From NCBI GenBank assembly GCA_965232885.1, contig CBDDQX010000002.1:567868-631867 (forward strand): a stretch of DNA of 64,000 nucleotides, given 5' to 3'. Below, piece by piece: positions 30,912 through 40,508 of the stretch; position 1 is the first letter of the stretch; every line of letters starts with the position of its first letter. Source of the DNA: Dehalococcoidia bacterium (lineage in GTDB: Bacteria > Chloroflexota > Dehalococcoidia > Lucifugimonadales > UBA3495). Both the position numbers and the translations under genes were made by a program. The notes below the pieces were generated by a model. That model was given only the letters and a program-made list of their open reading frames with translations, had not been told where the DNA came from and made no database searches.

Positions 30912-31127
30912 ATGCGAATGGGATTCCTGCGAGGCATCGGCCCTCTTGAGATTATCATAATACTCGGACTGATCCTGCTCATTTTCGGGTGGCGGCGTAT
31001 GCCCGAAATCGGCAGTTCCATGGGCAAGGGAATCCGCACTTTCAAGTCTGCCCTGCTGGGCGATGATGACAAGAACAAGCAGGACCCGCCCATGGCCAAG
31101 GGCGGCGATGAGCGCAACCCATATTAA
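30912..31127 (+). CDS. tatA: Twin-arginine translocase TatA
   Basis: TM helix, FG hinge, then amphipathic helix (MPEIGSSMGKGIRTFK). Confidence 0.9.
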   Translation: MRMGFLRGIGPLEIIIILGLILLIFGWRRMPEIGSSMGKGIRTFKSALLGDDDKNKQDPPMAKGGDERNPY

Positions 31128-31156
31128 GGCAAGCGCAGGAAAGGCAATAGACGACG

Positions 31157-31185
31157 AGAACCGGCTTAAGGGGCCGGTTCTTTTC
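31157..31185 (+). terminator. Terminator between convergent tatA and tatC
   Basis: AGAACCGGC...GCCGGTTCT followed by TTT. Confidence 0.6.
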
Positions 31186-31226
31186 GTTATCAGGAGTTAC
31201 ATTCAGGACCGGATTACATCGCTGGA

Positions 31227-31976
31227 CTACTGTTGGGCGATGGCGGCCTCAGCCTTGCGCCGGTTGCGTTCCGCCAGGCGGGCCAGCAACACGCCGAACT
31301 CATAGAGAGCCAGCAGAGGCAGGGCGACCAGGGTCTGGTTCACGGGGTCGAAGGTGGGCGTGATGAGCGCACCCAGGATGAAGGCGATGACCACCCACAC
31401 TCGCCGGAAGCGCGACAGGCGCCGCGACGACACAATTCCGAGCTGGGCCAGCAGAAACATTATCAGCGGCGTCTCGAAGGCAACGCCCATCCAGAAAAGC
31501 AAGCGCACCATCAGATTGACGATATTGCTCACCCGAATGAGTGGAGTTACTACGTCTTCGCCGAAGTTAAGAAGAAAGTGAAGAGCCGGGGGCGTCAGAA
31601 CGAAATACGCGAAAGCCATGCCCGAAACAAAGGCAAGCAAGACCAGCGGCAGGAATCCGAATAGCAGGCGGCGCTCCCGGCGGGTCAGTCCCGGGGCAAC
31701 GAACATTATGACCTGGTAGATGACTACGGGCAGAGCCAGCACGAATCCCGACAGCACAGAAACCTTGAAGGCGGTCGTCAGAAACTCAGTCACTTCCGTG
31801 ATGATTAGCTGACCGTCTTTGCCGGTTTCCAAGCCTGAAGGGCGCACCAGGAACTCGATGATTTCATCGAAGAAGACGAAGGAAGCGCCCGTACCCACTA
31901 TGATAGCCAGTGAGCAAATGAGCACTCGGCGGCGCAACTCGCCCAAGTGCTCCATGAAGCTGAGTTCGCGGGCCAT
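31227..31976 (-). CDS. tatC: Twin-arginine translocase TatC
   Basis: EHLGELRRR, FVAPGL, FETP, ITPTFDP. Confidence 0.95.
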   Translation of the reverse strand: MARELSFMEHLGELRRRVLICSLAIIVGTGASFVFFDEIIEFLVRPSGLETGKDGQLIITEVTEFLTTAFKVSVLSGFVLALPVVIYQVIMFVAPGLTRRERRLLFGFLPLVLLAFVSGMAFAYFVLTPPALHFLLNFGEDVVTPLIRVSNIVNLMVRLLFWMGVAFETPLIMFLLAQLGIVSSRRLSRFRRVWVVIAFILGALITPTFDPVNQTLVALPLLALYEFGVLLARLAERNRRKAEAAIAQQ

Positions 31977-32299
31977 CAGCCTCGGCCGTTCTCTTCGCGG
32001 CTGGGAGAAGGCTGCGATTCCTGTACGTTATCGCCGGGCCCGTTGTCGTTGGGGGTGACTGGCTCATCGTCCGGCAGGTCGGGGCGGGAAGGCACGCCGG
32101 GCGGCGGTTGCTGTGCATGAGAGCGCTGGCGTTCCTCAGTGGATATGGCGTCGGTCACTTCGCTGAAGGTGCGCCGCAGGTCGCCAAGGACTTTGCCCGT
32201 CCGTTTTGCCATATCAATGGAGCGCCCCGGCCCCAGCACCAGAAAGGCCACCAGAAAGACTACGGCCAGCTCCATTAGGCCCATGCCCATTATGTTCAT
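31976..32299 (-). CDS. tatB: Twin-arginine translocase TatB-like
   Basis: ELAVVFLVAFLVLGP; abuts tatC. Confidence 0.75.
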   Translation of the reverse strand: MNIMGMGLMELAVVFLVAFLVLGPGRSIDMAKRTGKVLGDLRRTFSEVTDAISTEERQRSHAQQPPPGVPSRPDLPDDEPVTPNDNGPGDNVQESQPSPSREENGRG

Positions 32300-34239
32300 T
32301 GAGAGTGCTCCCACCCTGACCTTTCCCCAGAGGGAGAGGGAACTATGAGATGGTTTGGGCAACTGGGGCCGCAGTTGGCGGTTTCAGGCAGAGTCCAGCC
32401 CTCGGGGGGGTTCCAACCCAGCTCGGCCAGCATTTGCAAGAGGCGGCAGGTGGGCAGGCCAACAATGTTGTTATAGCATCCATCCCAATCGGAAGCGGGG
32501 CAAAGTTCGGTGTCCTGAACTGCGTAGGCCCCGGCCTTGTCCCGCGGCGTGCCAGTGGCGATGCTGGCCTCGATCTCGTCGTCGGAGAAATCGCGAAGGG
32601 TTATCTGTGATGTCATGCTGCCGGTCAGTCGGTGGCCGGTAGCGGCGTCAACCACCGTCAGACCAGTGCAGACGTGGTGAGTTGTGCCGCGCAGGCGGCG
32701 CAGCATGGCGCGGGCCTCGCCGTCGTCCACTGGCTTGCCCAAGGATTCCCCCAAGTGGACAACGGTGCTGTCGGCGCCGATGACAAACCCCTGCTGCATT
32801 GAGGAAGCCACCTTCGCTGCTTTGTCCTGCGACAGGCGCTCAACCATAGCCTGTGGGGGCTCGCCGGGTAGCGGGTCTTCCGGCACGTCGGCTGGCAGAA
32901 TGTCGAAGGACAACCCCAGCCTGGTCATCAGTTCGCGGCGGCGGGGCGACGCGGATGCGAGAACCAGGTTATCCGACCCGGCTTTCCCTTCCCAATGGAG
33001 AAGGGCAACGCACTCCACATGATGCGTCTGCGGGAACATATCAATGGGTACAACCCGCTGAAGGGAGTATCCGCCTCCGCACAGAATCTTCAGGTCTCGG
33101 GCCAAAGTCTCGGCATCGCAGGAAACGTAAGCCACTCGAGATGGAGCCAGCGAGAGCAGGCTGGCAAGGGCCTGCGGCTGGCAACCGGAACGCGGAGGAT
33201 CCAACACCACCACATCGGGGCTGCCCTTCGACAAGCTCAGGATGGACGGATCTCCCAGCACGTTTTCTGTACGGCCCAATACGAACTCCACACCGGGAAA
33301 CCCTGCGGCATTCTCCTTGGCATCAGCCACCGCCGCGGAGGATTCCTCGACCGCGATGACCTTGCCAACGTAGGGGGCTAACAGCACGGCAAAGGTCCCA
33401 ACACCGGTGTAGGCGTCCAGCAACACGTCGTCCGGCCCTAGCGACAATCCTTCGCGCACCACCTCCGCCGCTTGCGCGGCCTGCTCCACGTTGACTTGGA
33501 AGAAGGAAGGCGACGATACGAAGAAGCGGTTATCTCCGACGGTCTCCACGTAGCGCTTCTGCCCAGTGGGAACCGGGACTTCGGGATTGAGCAGCGGGGG
33601 CTGCACCAGGTACTCGTCCGGATTTCCTGGGCCGCCAACCCCGGCTCTAATGGAAAGCTGGGTTGTTTCCTGGCAGCGATCCTGCAATTGTTCCAACACC
33701 GCGTTGACGCTGGGCCGCATCAGCATACATTGGTCAATTCGCACGAAGCTGCGGGTTTCACGGTTGACGAATCCCAAGACGCCACTCCGGCTGACAGTGA
33801 AACGGGCATGGTTCCGGTAGCCGTAGCGGTTGGCCGAGGGAAGCGTGTCGGCAACCGGAGCATCGGACGGGTCTGAGTACAGGCCGCCAACGCGGACAAG
33901 GGCGTCAATCACCCTTTCACGCTTGATTGCCAATTGCGCGCCATAGTCCAGGTGTTGCCACTGACAGCCAGTGCACTCACCGAAGTATCGGCAGGGCGGG
34001 GAAATCCGTTCCGGAGCAGCATCCAATACACCGACAACGCTGGCGGAGGCATACTTGCGGTGAACTCGCACCACCTCCGCTGTCACCCGCTCGCCGGGGA
34101 CGCCGCCGAAGACGAATACGGGCGAGCCATTATGCCAAGCCATGGCTTCACCCAAGCGGCCCCAGGATTCCAGGGTCAGCTCCAGACGGTCGCCGGGCTT
34201 GAGCGCGTCCTGTTGTGCGACTGGTTGCATAGAACTCAT
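32296..34239 (-). CDS. rlmD: 23S rRNA m5U methyltransferase (RlmD/TrmA family) fused to a Maf nucleotide pyrophosphatase
   Basis: TRAM domain; C..CTGCQWQH; FFQVN, LDPPR, YVSC, DMFPQTHHVE; then LASASPRR, GADS, DKAGAY (Maf). Confidence 0.88.
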   Translation of the reverse strand: MSSMQPVAQQDALKPGDRLELTLESWGRLGEAMAWHNGSPVFVFGGVPGERVTAEVVRVHRKYASASVVGVLDAAPERISPPCRYFGECTGCQWQHLDYGAQLAIKRERVIDALVRVGGLYSDPSDAPVADTLPSANRYGYRNHARFTVSRSGVLGFVNRETRSFVRIDQCMLMRPSVNAVLEQLQDRCQETTQLSIRAGVGGPGNPDEYLVQPPLLNPEVPVPTGQKRYVETVGDNRFFVSSPSFFQVNVEQAAQAAEVVREGLSLGPDDVLLDAYTGVGTFAVLLAPYVGKVIAVEESSAAVADAKENAAGFPGVEFVLGRTENVLGDPSILSLSKGSPDVVVLDPPRSGCQPQALASLLSLAPSRVAYVSCDAETLARDLKILCGGGYSLQRVVPIDMFPQTHHVECVALLHWEGKAGSDNLVLASASPRRRELMTRLGLSFDILPADVPEDPLPGEPPQAMVERLSQDKAAKVASSMQQGFVIGADSTVVHLGESLGKPVDDGEARAMLRRLRGTTHHVCTGLTVVDAATGHRLTGSMTSQITLRDFSDDEIEASIATGTPRDKAGAYAVQDTELCPASDWDGCYNNIVGLPTCRLLQMLAELGWNPPEGWTLPETANCGPSCPNHLIVPSPSGERSGWEHSQ

Positions 34240-34362
34240 ATTTACCAGACACTATACAGGCTAGGGCGCGATGATTCCAACCTGCCTGCAAGTGGTCACA
34301 GGGTCTTGTAATAGTCCCCTCTCCCTCCGTGGAAGGGACAGGGAACGCTGGCCCGGTGACGA

Positions 34363-35194
34363 GGTATTCTTAATATGCGGGGATATTGGATTTTAGCCAC
34401 TGGCGCCAGCAGACCAATGCCAGGGAATACACCAACATCTCTACGCTTTTGGTGTACCCTTTGGTTCGCCGCATCAGCCGGTTCAGCTTGCTCCGCCACA
34501 CCGAATGCAGCCCTTCGTTCCAATTCACTGCGCTGCCCTTTCCCGCCACGTGCCGCTGCGGAGGAAACCATCCCAAGTACACCTGATAAGCGTCGCTGCG
34601 GTACAGACCAGCTTCCGGCAGCCTTTCGTACAGCCGCAGAAACGGCCCCTCGCTGCGGTCTCCCACCTCAAAATCCACCCAGCGGCTGCCGTCAGCCTCC
34701 CTTACCACCGCCGTCCAGATCCAGCAGTTTTTCCGATTCTCCCCGCGCCTGGCGCCCCGGTAAGTCCACATCTCATCGCAGGATACCGCCACTGCCGGCC
34801 GATCACCCATCGTCCGGCGCTCATTGCGCTCCCGCAGTTGGCTCAAGGCAGCGCGCCCCCTTTTTTCACCCAGCCCAACACTGCCGGAGCACTGTAGCCC
34901 AACACCCGGCCGATGGCGCTTAAACTGCTCCCTTCGACATACATGGCCAAGGCACGCTCCTTCACCTCCGGTCCAGGACGGCGGTAGGCCCCGCCAGGCG
35001 CGCTGCGCCGACGGCAGTCGCCGCAACTGTATGCCTGCCGGCCAGCCACATGGCCGTCCTTGCGCATCCAGTTGGAGCCGCAGCTGGGACAACGGACGTC
35101 GTGGCGGTAAACTCGGCTTCGCGCCATCAGCAACCCTCCTGACATGGTGCTCTATGACATTGTAAATCCAATATCCACTTATGTTAAGAATACC
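34363..35194 (-). mobile_element. Complete IS1-family element (832 bp)
   Basis: ~31-bp imperfect terminal IRs (GGTATTCTTAA...GGATATTGGATTT); 8-bp target duplication GGTGACGA at 34355-34362 and 35195-35202. Confidence 0.95.
34370..35145 (-). CDS. IS1 transposase InsA/InsB joined by a -1 programmed frameshift
   Basis: InsA zinc finger CPSCGS...CGDC plus HTH; InsB DEMW...SD...NEG; slippery AAAAAAG at ~34860-34866. Confidence 0.9.
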
Positions 35195-35350
35195 GGTGAC
35201 GATGGCCGGTTGACCTGCCGCTGTTGCGGAATTAAACTGAACCGGACACCCCAAATTATTCGCTGCGCGCGAGTCCAGGTCGCCAGCGGCCACGCTTGTT
35301 CCGGTACGGGGCATAGACTAGGGCAGCGGAAGACATTTCCGGAGGATAGT

Positions 35351-35680
35351 ATGGCAGAACCCATTGAGGTTACCGATCAGAACTGGGAGTCCGAAGTGCT
35401 CAACTCCGATCTGCCCGTGCTGGTCGACTTCTGGGCGGAATGGTGCGGCCCGTGCAAGATGATTGCCCCGTCGGTTCATGACATGGCGGTGGAGTACGAC
35501 GGCAAGCTGACAGTTGGCAAGCTGGATGTTGACAACAGTCCCAATGTCGCCATGCAGTACGGCATTCGCAGCATTCCCGCGCTGATTTTCTTCAAGAACG
35601 GCCAGCCCGTAGACCAGATCGTCGGCGCGGTTCCCAAGGGTGCCCTCAAGAAGAAGATTGACTCCGTGCTCGGCAGCTAG
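35351..35680 (+). CDS. trxA: Thioredoxin
   Basis: WCGPC. Confidence 0.95.
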   Translation: MAEPIEVTDQNWESEVLNSDLPVLVDFWAEWCGPCKMIAPSVHDMAVEYDGKLTVGKLDVDNSPNVAMQYGIRSIPALIFFKNGQPVDQIVGAVPKGALKKKIDSVLGS

Positions 35681-35703
35681 CCACCGGAACGGACCAAACC
35701 AAC

Positions 35704-35741
35704 AGACGCCGCTCCCCTGATTTTCAGAGGCGGCGTTTTTG
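35704..35741 (+). terminator. Intrinsic terminator after trxA
   Basis: ACGCCGC...GCGGCGT followed by TTTT. Confidence 0.6.
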
Positions 35742-35849
35742 CTGTGTGGAGCATGGGCTTGGAAATCGCCGACGATGGATTGAGCCACAGTACCATAGTG
35801 GCTACCAATGATTTATACTCTCTCTTGTACTGACGGCCTTGAGACTCTT

Positions 35850-35946
35850 GGGAGTGGATGGGGCCCGGTGGCCCTTGCGGTCTTCAAAACCGTTATGCCT
35901 CGTTAAGAGCGGGGTAGGTGGGTTCGACTCCCTCGCACTCCCGCCA
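35850..35946 (+). tRNA. selC: tRNA-Sec (anticodon UCA)
   Basis: 97 nt; GGGAGTG/CACTCCC acceptor stem; anticodon loop CTTCAAA; long variable arm; GTTCGACT T-loop; encoded CCA. Confidence 0.93.
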
Positions 35947-36023
35947 CCATCAAAGCCATACTGCCGCTTAAAAGGGCATCTCAAGGTTAACCAGCTTGAA
36001 ATGCCCGATTTTTGTCCTAATTT

Positions 36024-36124
36024 AGGAGATACGCCGTTGCGAGGTTCGCCCTCACCCTCGCTTTCACGGGACAGCTAGTCCTCTCCCAGAGGGACAGGGA
36101 ATTGTAGCCAACTGCGTAAGTCCC
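36024..36124. repeat. Degenerate MITE family A copy with REP hairpin
   Basis: Right end CAACTGCGTAAGTCC; internal CCCTCACCCT...CCTCTCCCAGAGGGA. Confidence 0.5.
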
Positions 36125-36197
36125 ACATAAATTGTCCGAGTTCATGCGCTGGATTCCGTTTAAGCGCTGCCGCTCACTTCGAGACTTATTTGAACCT

Positions 36198-37004
36198 CTA
36201 AATACCCGCGGCAGCCGCTTGCTCATCGGCTACCCTCAGGTAGCTGGCGGGGAGCTCCTTGAAATCGGTCATCAGTGAGCCGAAGCCCTCGATAACGTCG
36301 TCCATCCCATTGGCCCGCATGGCGTACCAGTAGGTCGCGGTGTTGATGGCGACAACCGGCTTTTTGAGCCACTTTTCCGCCTCTCCGGCCAAGCGCGCCA
36401 TTGCCAGGTTGGTGCCGCACTGCACCAAAGCCTCAACGTCGTGCTCGTTCAGTTCGAGGAGAGCATCCAGTAATTGCTTTTCCGGGACTTTGGACATGGC
36501 AGTGGGACTATCGCAGCAAAGCCCCTTGATAGCCACAACATCGAAACCGCAGTCTTCGAGGAAGCGGGCCACGTTCTCATCGGCCACCGGCCAATATGGT
36601 GTCAAGACGCCAATGCGCTTGATGTCTCCGTAACAGCGTAGAGCCGCCTGGCAGGCATCGGACCCCATTGCCACGCCCCGTCCGGTCAGTTGCATCATGT
36701 GTTTCTTCAGTTCTAGGCTGCGCTGCAATCCCCCCCAGAATGTTTCCGAAGACATACCCATCACGAGGTAGTCCGGATCGCAGGTCATGACCCGGAGCAA
36801 GGCGTTATCCCACTCCAGACGGATGTTTTCCATCAGGCGATTGAAGTCATCATTGCTGCCAACTGGCGCGTTGGGAATCCAGATGCGCACAATGTGGTTG
36901 GTCACGCCTCTGGGCCGCATCTCGTCAAATTCAGGCTGGACCGACGTGTTGGTGGAAGGCACCACAACACCCCAGTTCGCCCGCCACCCCAAGCAGTCTG
37001 GCAT
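36198..37004 (-). CDS. Asp/Glu racemase superfamily protein (maleate isomerase/arylmalonate decarboxylase-like)
   Basis: VPSTNTSVQPEF, LTPY, GTNL, KPVVAIN. Confidence 0.8.
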   Translation of the reverse strand: MPDCLGWRANWGVVVPSTNTSVQPEFDEMRPRGVTNHIVRIWIPNAPVGSNDDFNRLMENIRLEWDNALLRVMTCDPDYLVMGMSSETFWGGLQRSLELKKHMMQLTGRGVAMGSDACQAALRCYGDIKRIGVLTPYWPVADENVARFLEDCGFDVVAIKGLCCDSPTAMSKVPEKQLLDALLELNEHDVEALVQCGTNLAMARLAGEAEKWLKKPVVAINTATYWYAMRANGMDDVIEGFGSLMTDFKELPASYLRVADEQAAAAGI

Positions 37005-37054
37005 TGGTCTACGCTCCTGTTTGGATTGACGCAGCGGCCCTTCGCCGCCGCAGA

Positions 37055-37705
37055 TTACTGCCGGCCGGCTGATGTCCCGGTTGGGGCTCTTTCATACAGG
37101 ATCGCGATGATTTCGGAAGAAGACATCAGATCGGCGTATTTTTGCTCCATGTCGAACAGGTTCGCGTCGTGGGGGCCAAGGGCCCGATCGCCGACGCAAT
37201 CGGTAGCCACCACGGTCCTGAAGTTGTAGCTCATCGAGTCTATCACCGAAGCCCTGACGCACCCGGAGGTGGTGCACCCGGTCACGATCACAGTGTCCAC
37301 GCCCTTGCTGACGTACCAGGCCGTCAGGTTGGTGCCGAAGAAAGCCGAGGGCTGGGTCTTGCGCACTATGTATTCGCCATCGCACGGCTTCAACTGCTCC
37401 ACGATCTGGCTGCCGAAGGCCCTTTCAGTGAGTTGGGTTAACGCCGGAGCCTTCAATGTGAAAACGCCAGCGTCGGAGCCGTCATCGGCGTAGACCACCC
37501 GGGTGAAGGCGATGGGTAGACCCAGGACGCGGGCTTCGGCCAATAAGCCCCGGGTATTCTCAATAGCTTCTCCGATGTTGCCACCGCCGAACTGGTCCGG
37601 GTTGGCGAAACTATTGACAAAATCGATTATCAAGAGAGCAGGCCGCTGGCCTATCCCGCTGCTGTTGCCAAAACCCTGTTTTTGATAGATTTCCAGCTCA
37701 CTCAT
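37055..37705 (-). CDS. Isochorismatase-family amidohydrolase (maleamate amidohydrolase-like)
   Basis: Catalytic D-K-C triad: IIDF, RKTQPSAF, TTSGCVRAS. Confidence 0.85.
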   Translation of the reverse strand: MSELEIYQKQGFGNSSGIGQRPALLIIDFVNSFANPDQFGGGNIGEAIENTRGLLAEARVLGLPIAFTRVVYADDGSDAGVFTLKAPALTQLTERAFGSQIVEQLKPCDGEYIVRKTQPSAFFGTNLTAWYVSKGVDTVIVTGCTTSGCVRASVIDSMSYNFRTVVATDCVGDRALGPHDANLFDMEQKYADLMSSSEIIAILYERAPTGTSAGRQ

Positions 37706-37812
37706 AGTTATCCCTTATTTTTGGGATTTATATCGTATTTTACCCACACACCGTTAAAGCAGGCACTCCTGCCAAAGACAATGGCATCCTCAAGCCCCGG
37801 AGGCCTTATAAA

Positions 37813-37909
37813 CCGTCATTCCCGCGAAAGCGAGTATCCATGTTGCCGGGTTTCAGCTTATTTGCCGGAGCCGGGGGTCTCTGAATTCCCGCTTTCGCGG
37901 GAATGACGG
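37813..37909. repeat. Inverted REP pair (GTCATTCCCGCGAAAGCGGGAATCC family)
   Basis: CCGTCATTCCCGCGAAAGCG...CGCTTTCGCGGGAATGACGG; second copy at 52094-52189. Confidence 0.85.
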
Positions 37910-37955
37910 GATTTTCCTAACGCTGGGTAAAATTCGATATAATTCCCTTATTTTT

Positions 37956-38642
37956 CTATTCATCCCTGCGGTGTAGCAGCGTTTCCAACTCTCGGATGCG
38001 TTCCTCGGCCGCGTCAGCGCGTTGCCGCTCGGATTCCAGGCTGGGGATATAGTCCTCGGCGTTGGAGTCGTACCAGTCCAGTTGGCCCTGCCGCCAGCAG
38101 AAGTACAGCCCCAGCGCTTCGCTGTACCCTCGCAGCTCACCGCCGGGCAGTTCGTCCACTGCAATGGGCCTGTACCGGCCCTCCACCAGCCGGTCGCCAG
38201 CCAGGCGGGTTCCGTGAAACTCGCCCGTCTCGTCAAAACGCCAGTATTCCCGCACCCCCAGACTCGCGTAGAAGCCGGGTTTCACCCCGATGTCAATATG
38301 CCCGGTGCGGCGGGAGGCGATTTCCAGCGCCAGATCGGGCGGCTTGCCCTGGAACGACACCACGTAGCCGTTGTTGGCTTCGTACAGTTCCGGGTCGGCG
38401 TCGAAGGCCACCAGCAGGTCCGGGTAGCGAATGGGCGCGCCCGGCGCGGCGCAGATGTACCGGTCGCCGGATACGATGGTGGTTTCGGGATTGACTAGGT
38501 AATGAGCCACCCGGTAGGCATTGCCGTTCCTAGCCAACTGTTTGAAACTGGTCATATCGTCAGGATGCTTCTCCGGGATGTCGGGCAGGCGGTAGGCCAG
38601 GGGGTTCTGCTTGGCCGCCTGGGTAGTGGGGATGCTGGTCAT
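37956..38642 (-). CDS. Uma2 family endonuclease with C-terminal coiled coil
   Basis: YPDLLVAF, PPDLALEIAS, EYWRFD. Confidence 0.85.
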   Translation of the reverse strand: MTSIPTTQAAKQNPLAYRLPDIPEKHPDDMTSFKQLARNGNAYRVAHYLVNPETTIVSGDRYICAAPGAPIRYPDLLVAFDADPELYEANNGYVVSFQGKPPDLALEIASRRTGHIDIGVKPGFYASLGVREYWRFDETGEFHGTRLAGDRLVEGRYRPIAVDELPGGELRGYSEALGLYFCWRQGQLDWYDSNAEDYIPSLESERQRADAAEERIRELETLLHRRDE

Positions 38643-38802
38643 GGGAATTTCTCCCGGGGAGTTTCGGTTGCTCCATTGTGGGCAGTCGGGCGGGCCGCTG
38701 TCAACGAGACGGTTCGCAGGGGGCAGCGTTCCGATTACAGTCAACTCAACGTACTTTCTCAATACGAACACCACGTTAGGAGCGCATCCATGGGCGGTCT
38801 TC

Positions 38803-39474
38803 TTACTCCGTGTCCAACATTTCCCGCACTATCGCTGTGACCTCCTCGCGGGTGATGGAGCCGGTCCATAAACGGAACACTTCGCCCTCAGCGGTGATGA
38901 AGGCTGTGGTAGGCATTGCCCGAATCCGGTAATCACGGACTACCTGTGCGTCGTCGGTGTATCCCGCCGGGTATGTAATGCCAAGGGAATCCAACAGCTT
39001 GCCGGCATCTCTATGTGAACCCAGCCCGGTAAACTGGCCCACATCTATGCCTAGCAGCCGTACCCGGTCGGCATATTCTTCGTAGAAGTCCTGCAATTCC
39101 GGCATTTCAGACCAGCAGGGGGTGCATAACCGCGCCCAGAAATTGAGCACCAAGGGTCGCCCTTCCAATTCGGACAAGGCCATCTCGGTTGCCCCGAGCG
39201 CATCGTCGCCCTGAAACAGCACAAACCGGAAGTCGGCAGCCTGACGGTCCGTATCCGAGCGTTCCACAGCGCGAGGTGGAGTGGCGGCATCCATCGAAGC
39301 CAACGATGGCGTTGGAGTGAGATTCGATGTCGGGGTAGCCGTCGGAGCCAAGGCGGTGGAGGGTCCAGGCGTTGGGGTTTGCAAAAGCAGATTTGAAGCA
39401 TCGCCCGAGCACGCCATCACGAGTACGACGCAAGCTATCAGACCCACGCTTGCAGCCAACCAACTTATCTTCAT
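38803..39474 (-). CDS. TlpA-like thiol:disulfide oxidoreductase lipoprotein
   Basis: Lipobox VMAC; LNFWARLCTPC; MPTT. Confidence 0.85.
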   Translation of the reverse strand: MKISWLAASVGLIACVVLVMACSGDASNLLLQTPTPGPSTALAPTATPTSNLTPTPSLASMDAATPPRAVERSDTDRQAADFRFVLFQGDDALGATEMALSELEGRPLVLNFWARLCTPCWSEMPELQDFYEEYADRVRLLGIDVGQFTGLGSHRDAGKLLDSLGITYPAGYTDDAQVVRDYRIRAMPTTAFITAEGEVFRLWTGSITREEVTAIVREMLDTE

Positions 39475-39481
39475 GGAATTA

Positions 39482-39575
39482 GGTTCTGTTGACATTTTCC
39501 TGTCATTCCGGCTTTCGCCGGAATGACAGGAAAGGAGTTACCGGACTGCTGTATATTGCAAATGTCAACACGACC
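39482..39575. mobile_element. MITE family B (~94 bp, 16-bp terminal IRs, TA-flanked)
   Basis: GGTTCTGTTGACATTT...AAATGTCAACACGACC; near-identical copy at 48971-49062. Confidence 0.8.
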
Positions 39576-39676
39576 TAGTGAAGCGTAAACCGTAACCGGG
39601 GCGCAATCTCAAGGTGGTAGGGATGTTCCAAACTAATTGGCATTAGAATAACAGAAACAGCCGGAGGAGGCCTGTG

Positions 39677-40429
39677 ATGCGATTGGAGAACAAAGTAGCG
39701 CTGATCAGTGGCGGGGCCAGGGGTATGGGTGCAGTGGAAGCCCGCTTGTTTGCCAGCGAGGGGGCGAAAGTGGTCATTGGAGACGTCTTGGAAGAAGAAG
39801 GGCGCCAGACCGAGGCCGCAGTGAACGAGGCCGGCGGGGAATGCGTCTTCGTGCGCCTCGACGTTACGAGCGAGGACGACTGGGCGGCGGCAGTCAGCGA
39901 GGCCGTAGCGCGATACGGCAAGCTGGACATACTGGTCAACAACGCTGGCATATCCAGCACCGGGGGCATTGAGGAACTCACCGTCGCGGACTGGGACCGC
40001 ACTCTCAACATCAACACCAAAGGGGTGTTCCTGGGCACCAAGTCCGCCATCCCTGAGATGCGTAAGGCCGGAGGTGGAAGCATTGTCAACATATCATCCG
40101 GGGCGGGCATCGCTCCTGCTCCCGGCACCTCCGGGGCATATGCCGCCAGCAAGGGCGCGGTGCGTATCTTCAGCAAGTCCACCGCGGTGCAGTACGCCAG
40201 AGAGAACATCCGCTGCAACTCGGTGCATCCGGGGCCGATAGAGACGCCGATGCTCCGCTCCGCCCGCGGCGCCGGGTCGCAGCTTGGAGACACCATAGCG
40301 CGGGTGCCGCTGGGAAGAATCGGGACGCCTGAGGAAATAGCCTACGGAGTGCTCTACCTCGCCTCCGATGAGTCGTCTTTCGTAACCGGCTCCGAACTGG
40401 TGATAGATGGGGGCAGGACGGCACAATAG
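39677..40429 (+). CDS. Short-chain dehydrogenase/reductase
   Basis: SGGARGMG, NNAG, YAASK. Confidence 0.92.
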   Translation: MRLENKVALISGGARGMGAVEARLFASEGAKVVIGDVLEEEGRQTEAAVNEAGGECVFVRLDVTSEDDWAAAVSEAVARYGKLDILVNNAGISSTGGIEELTVADWDRTLNINTKGVFLGTKSAIPEMRKAGGGSIVNISSGAGIAPAPGTSGAYAASKGAVRIFSKSTAVQYARENIRCNSVHPGPIETPMLRSARGAGSQLGDTIARVPLGRIGTPEEIAYGVLYLASDESSFVTGSELVIDGGRTAQ

Positions 40430-40448
40430 AGGACTGGTCATCAATCCC

Positions 40449-40482
40449 AAAGGCCCCCTCTTCACTATGAGAGGGGGCCCTT
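40449..40482. terminator. Terminator between convergent SDR and dctP-like genes
   Basis: GGCCCCCTCT...AGAGGGGGCC hairpin. Confidence 0.6.
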
Positions 40483-40508
40483 CGGTTTCCTGTGATTGCC
40501 TTACCGAA

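Noticed and set aside
34370..35314. 314-aa ORF as a single transposase
   Set aside because: It starts outside the IS inverted repeat; the real product is the InsA-InsB frameshift fusion.
35802..36078. Short ORFs at 35802-35984 and 35839-36078
   Set aside because: They overlap the tRNA-Sec gene and are spurious.
35947..38000. Integrative element at selC
   Set aside because: No integrase and no duplicated tRNA 3' end were found by eye.
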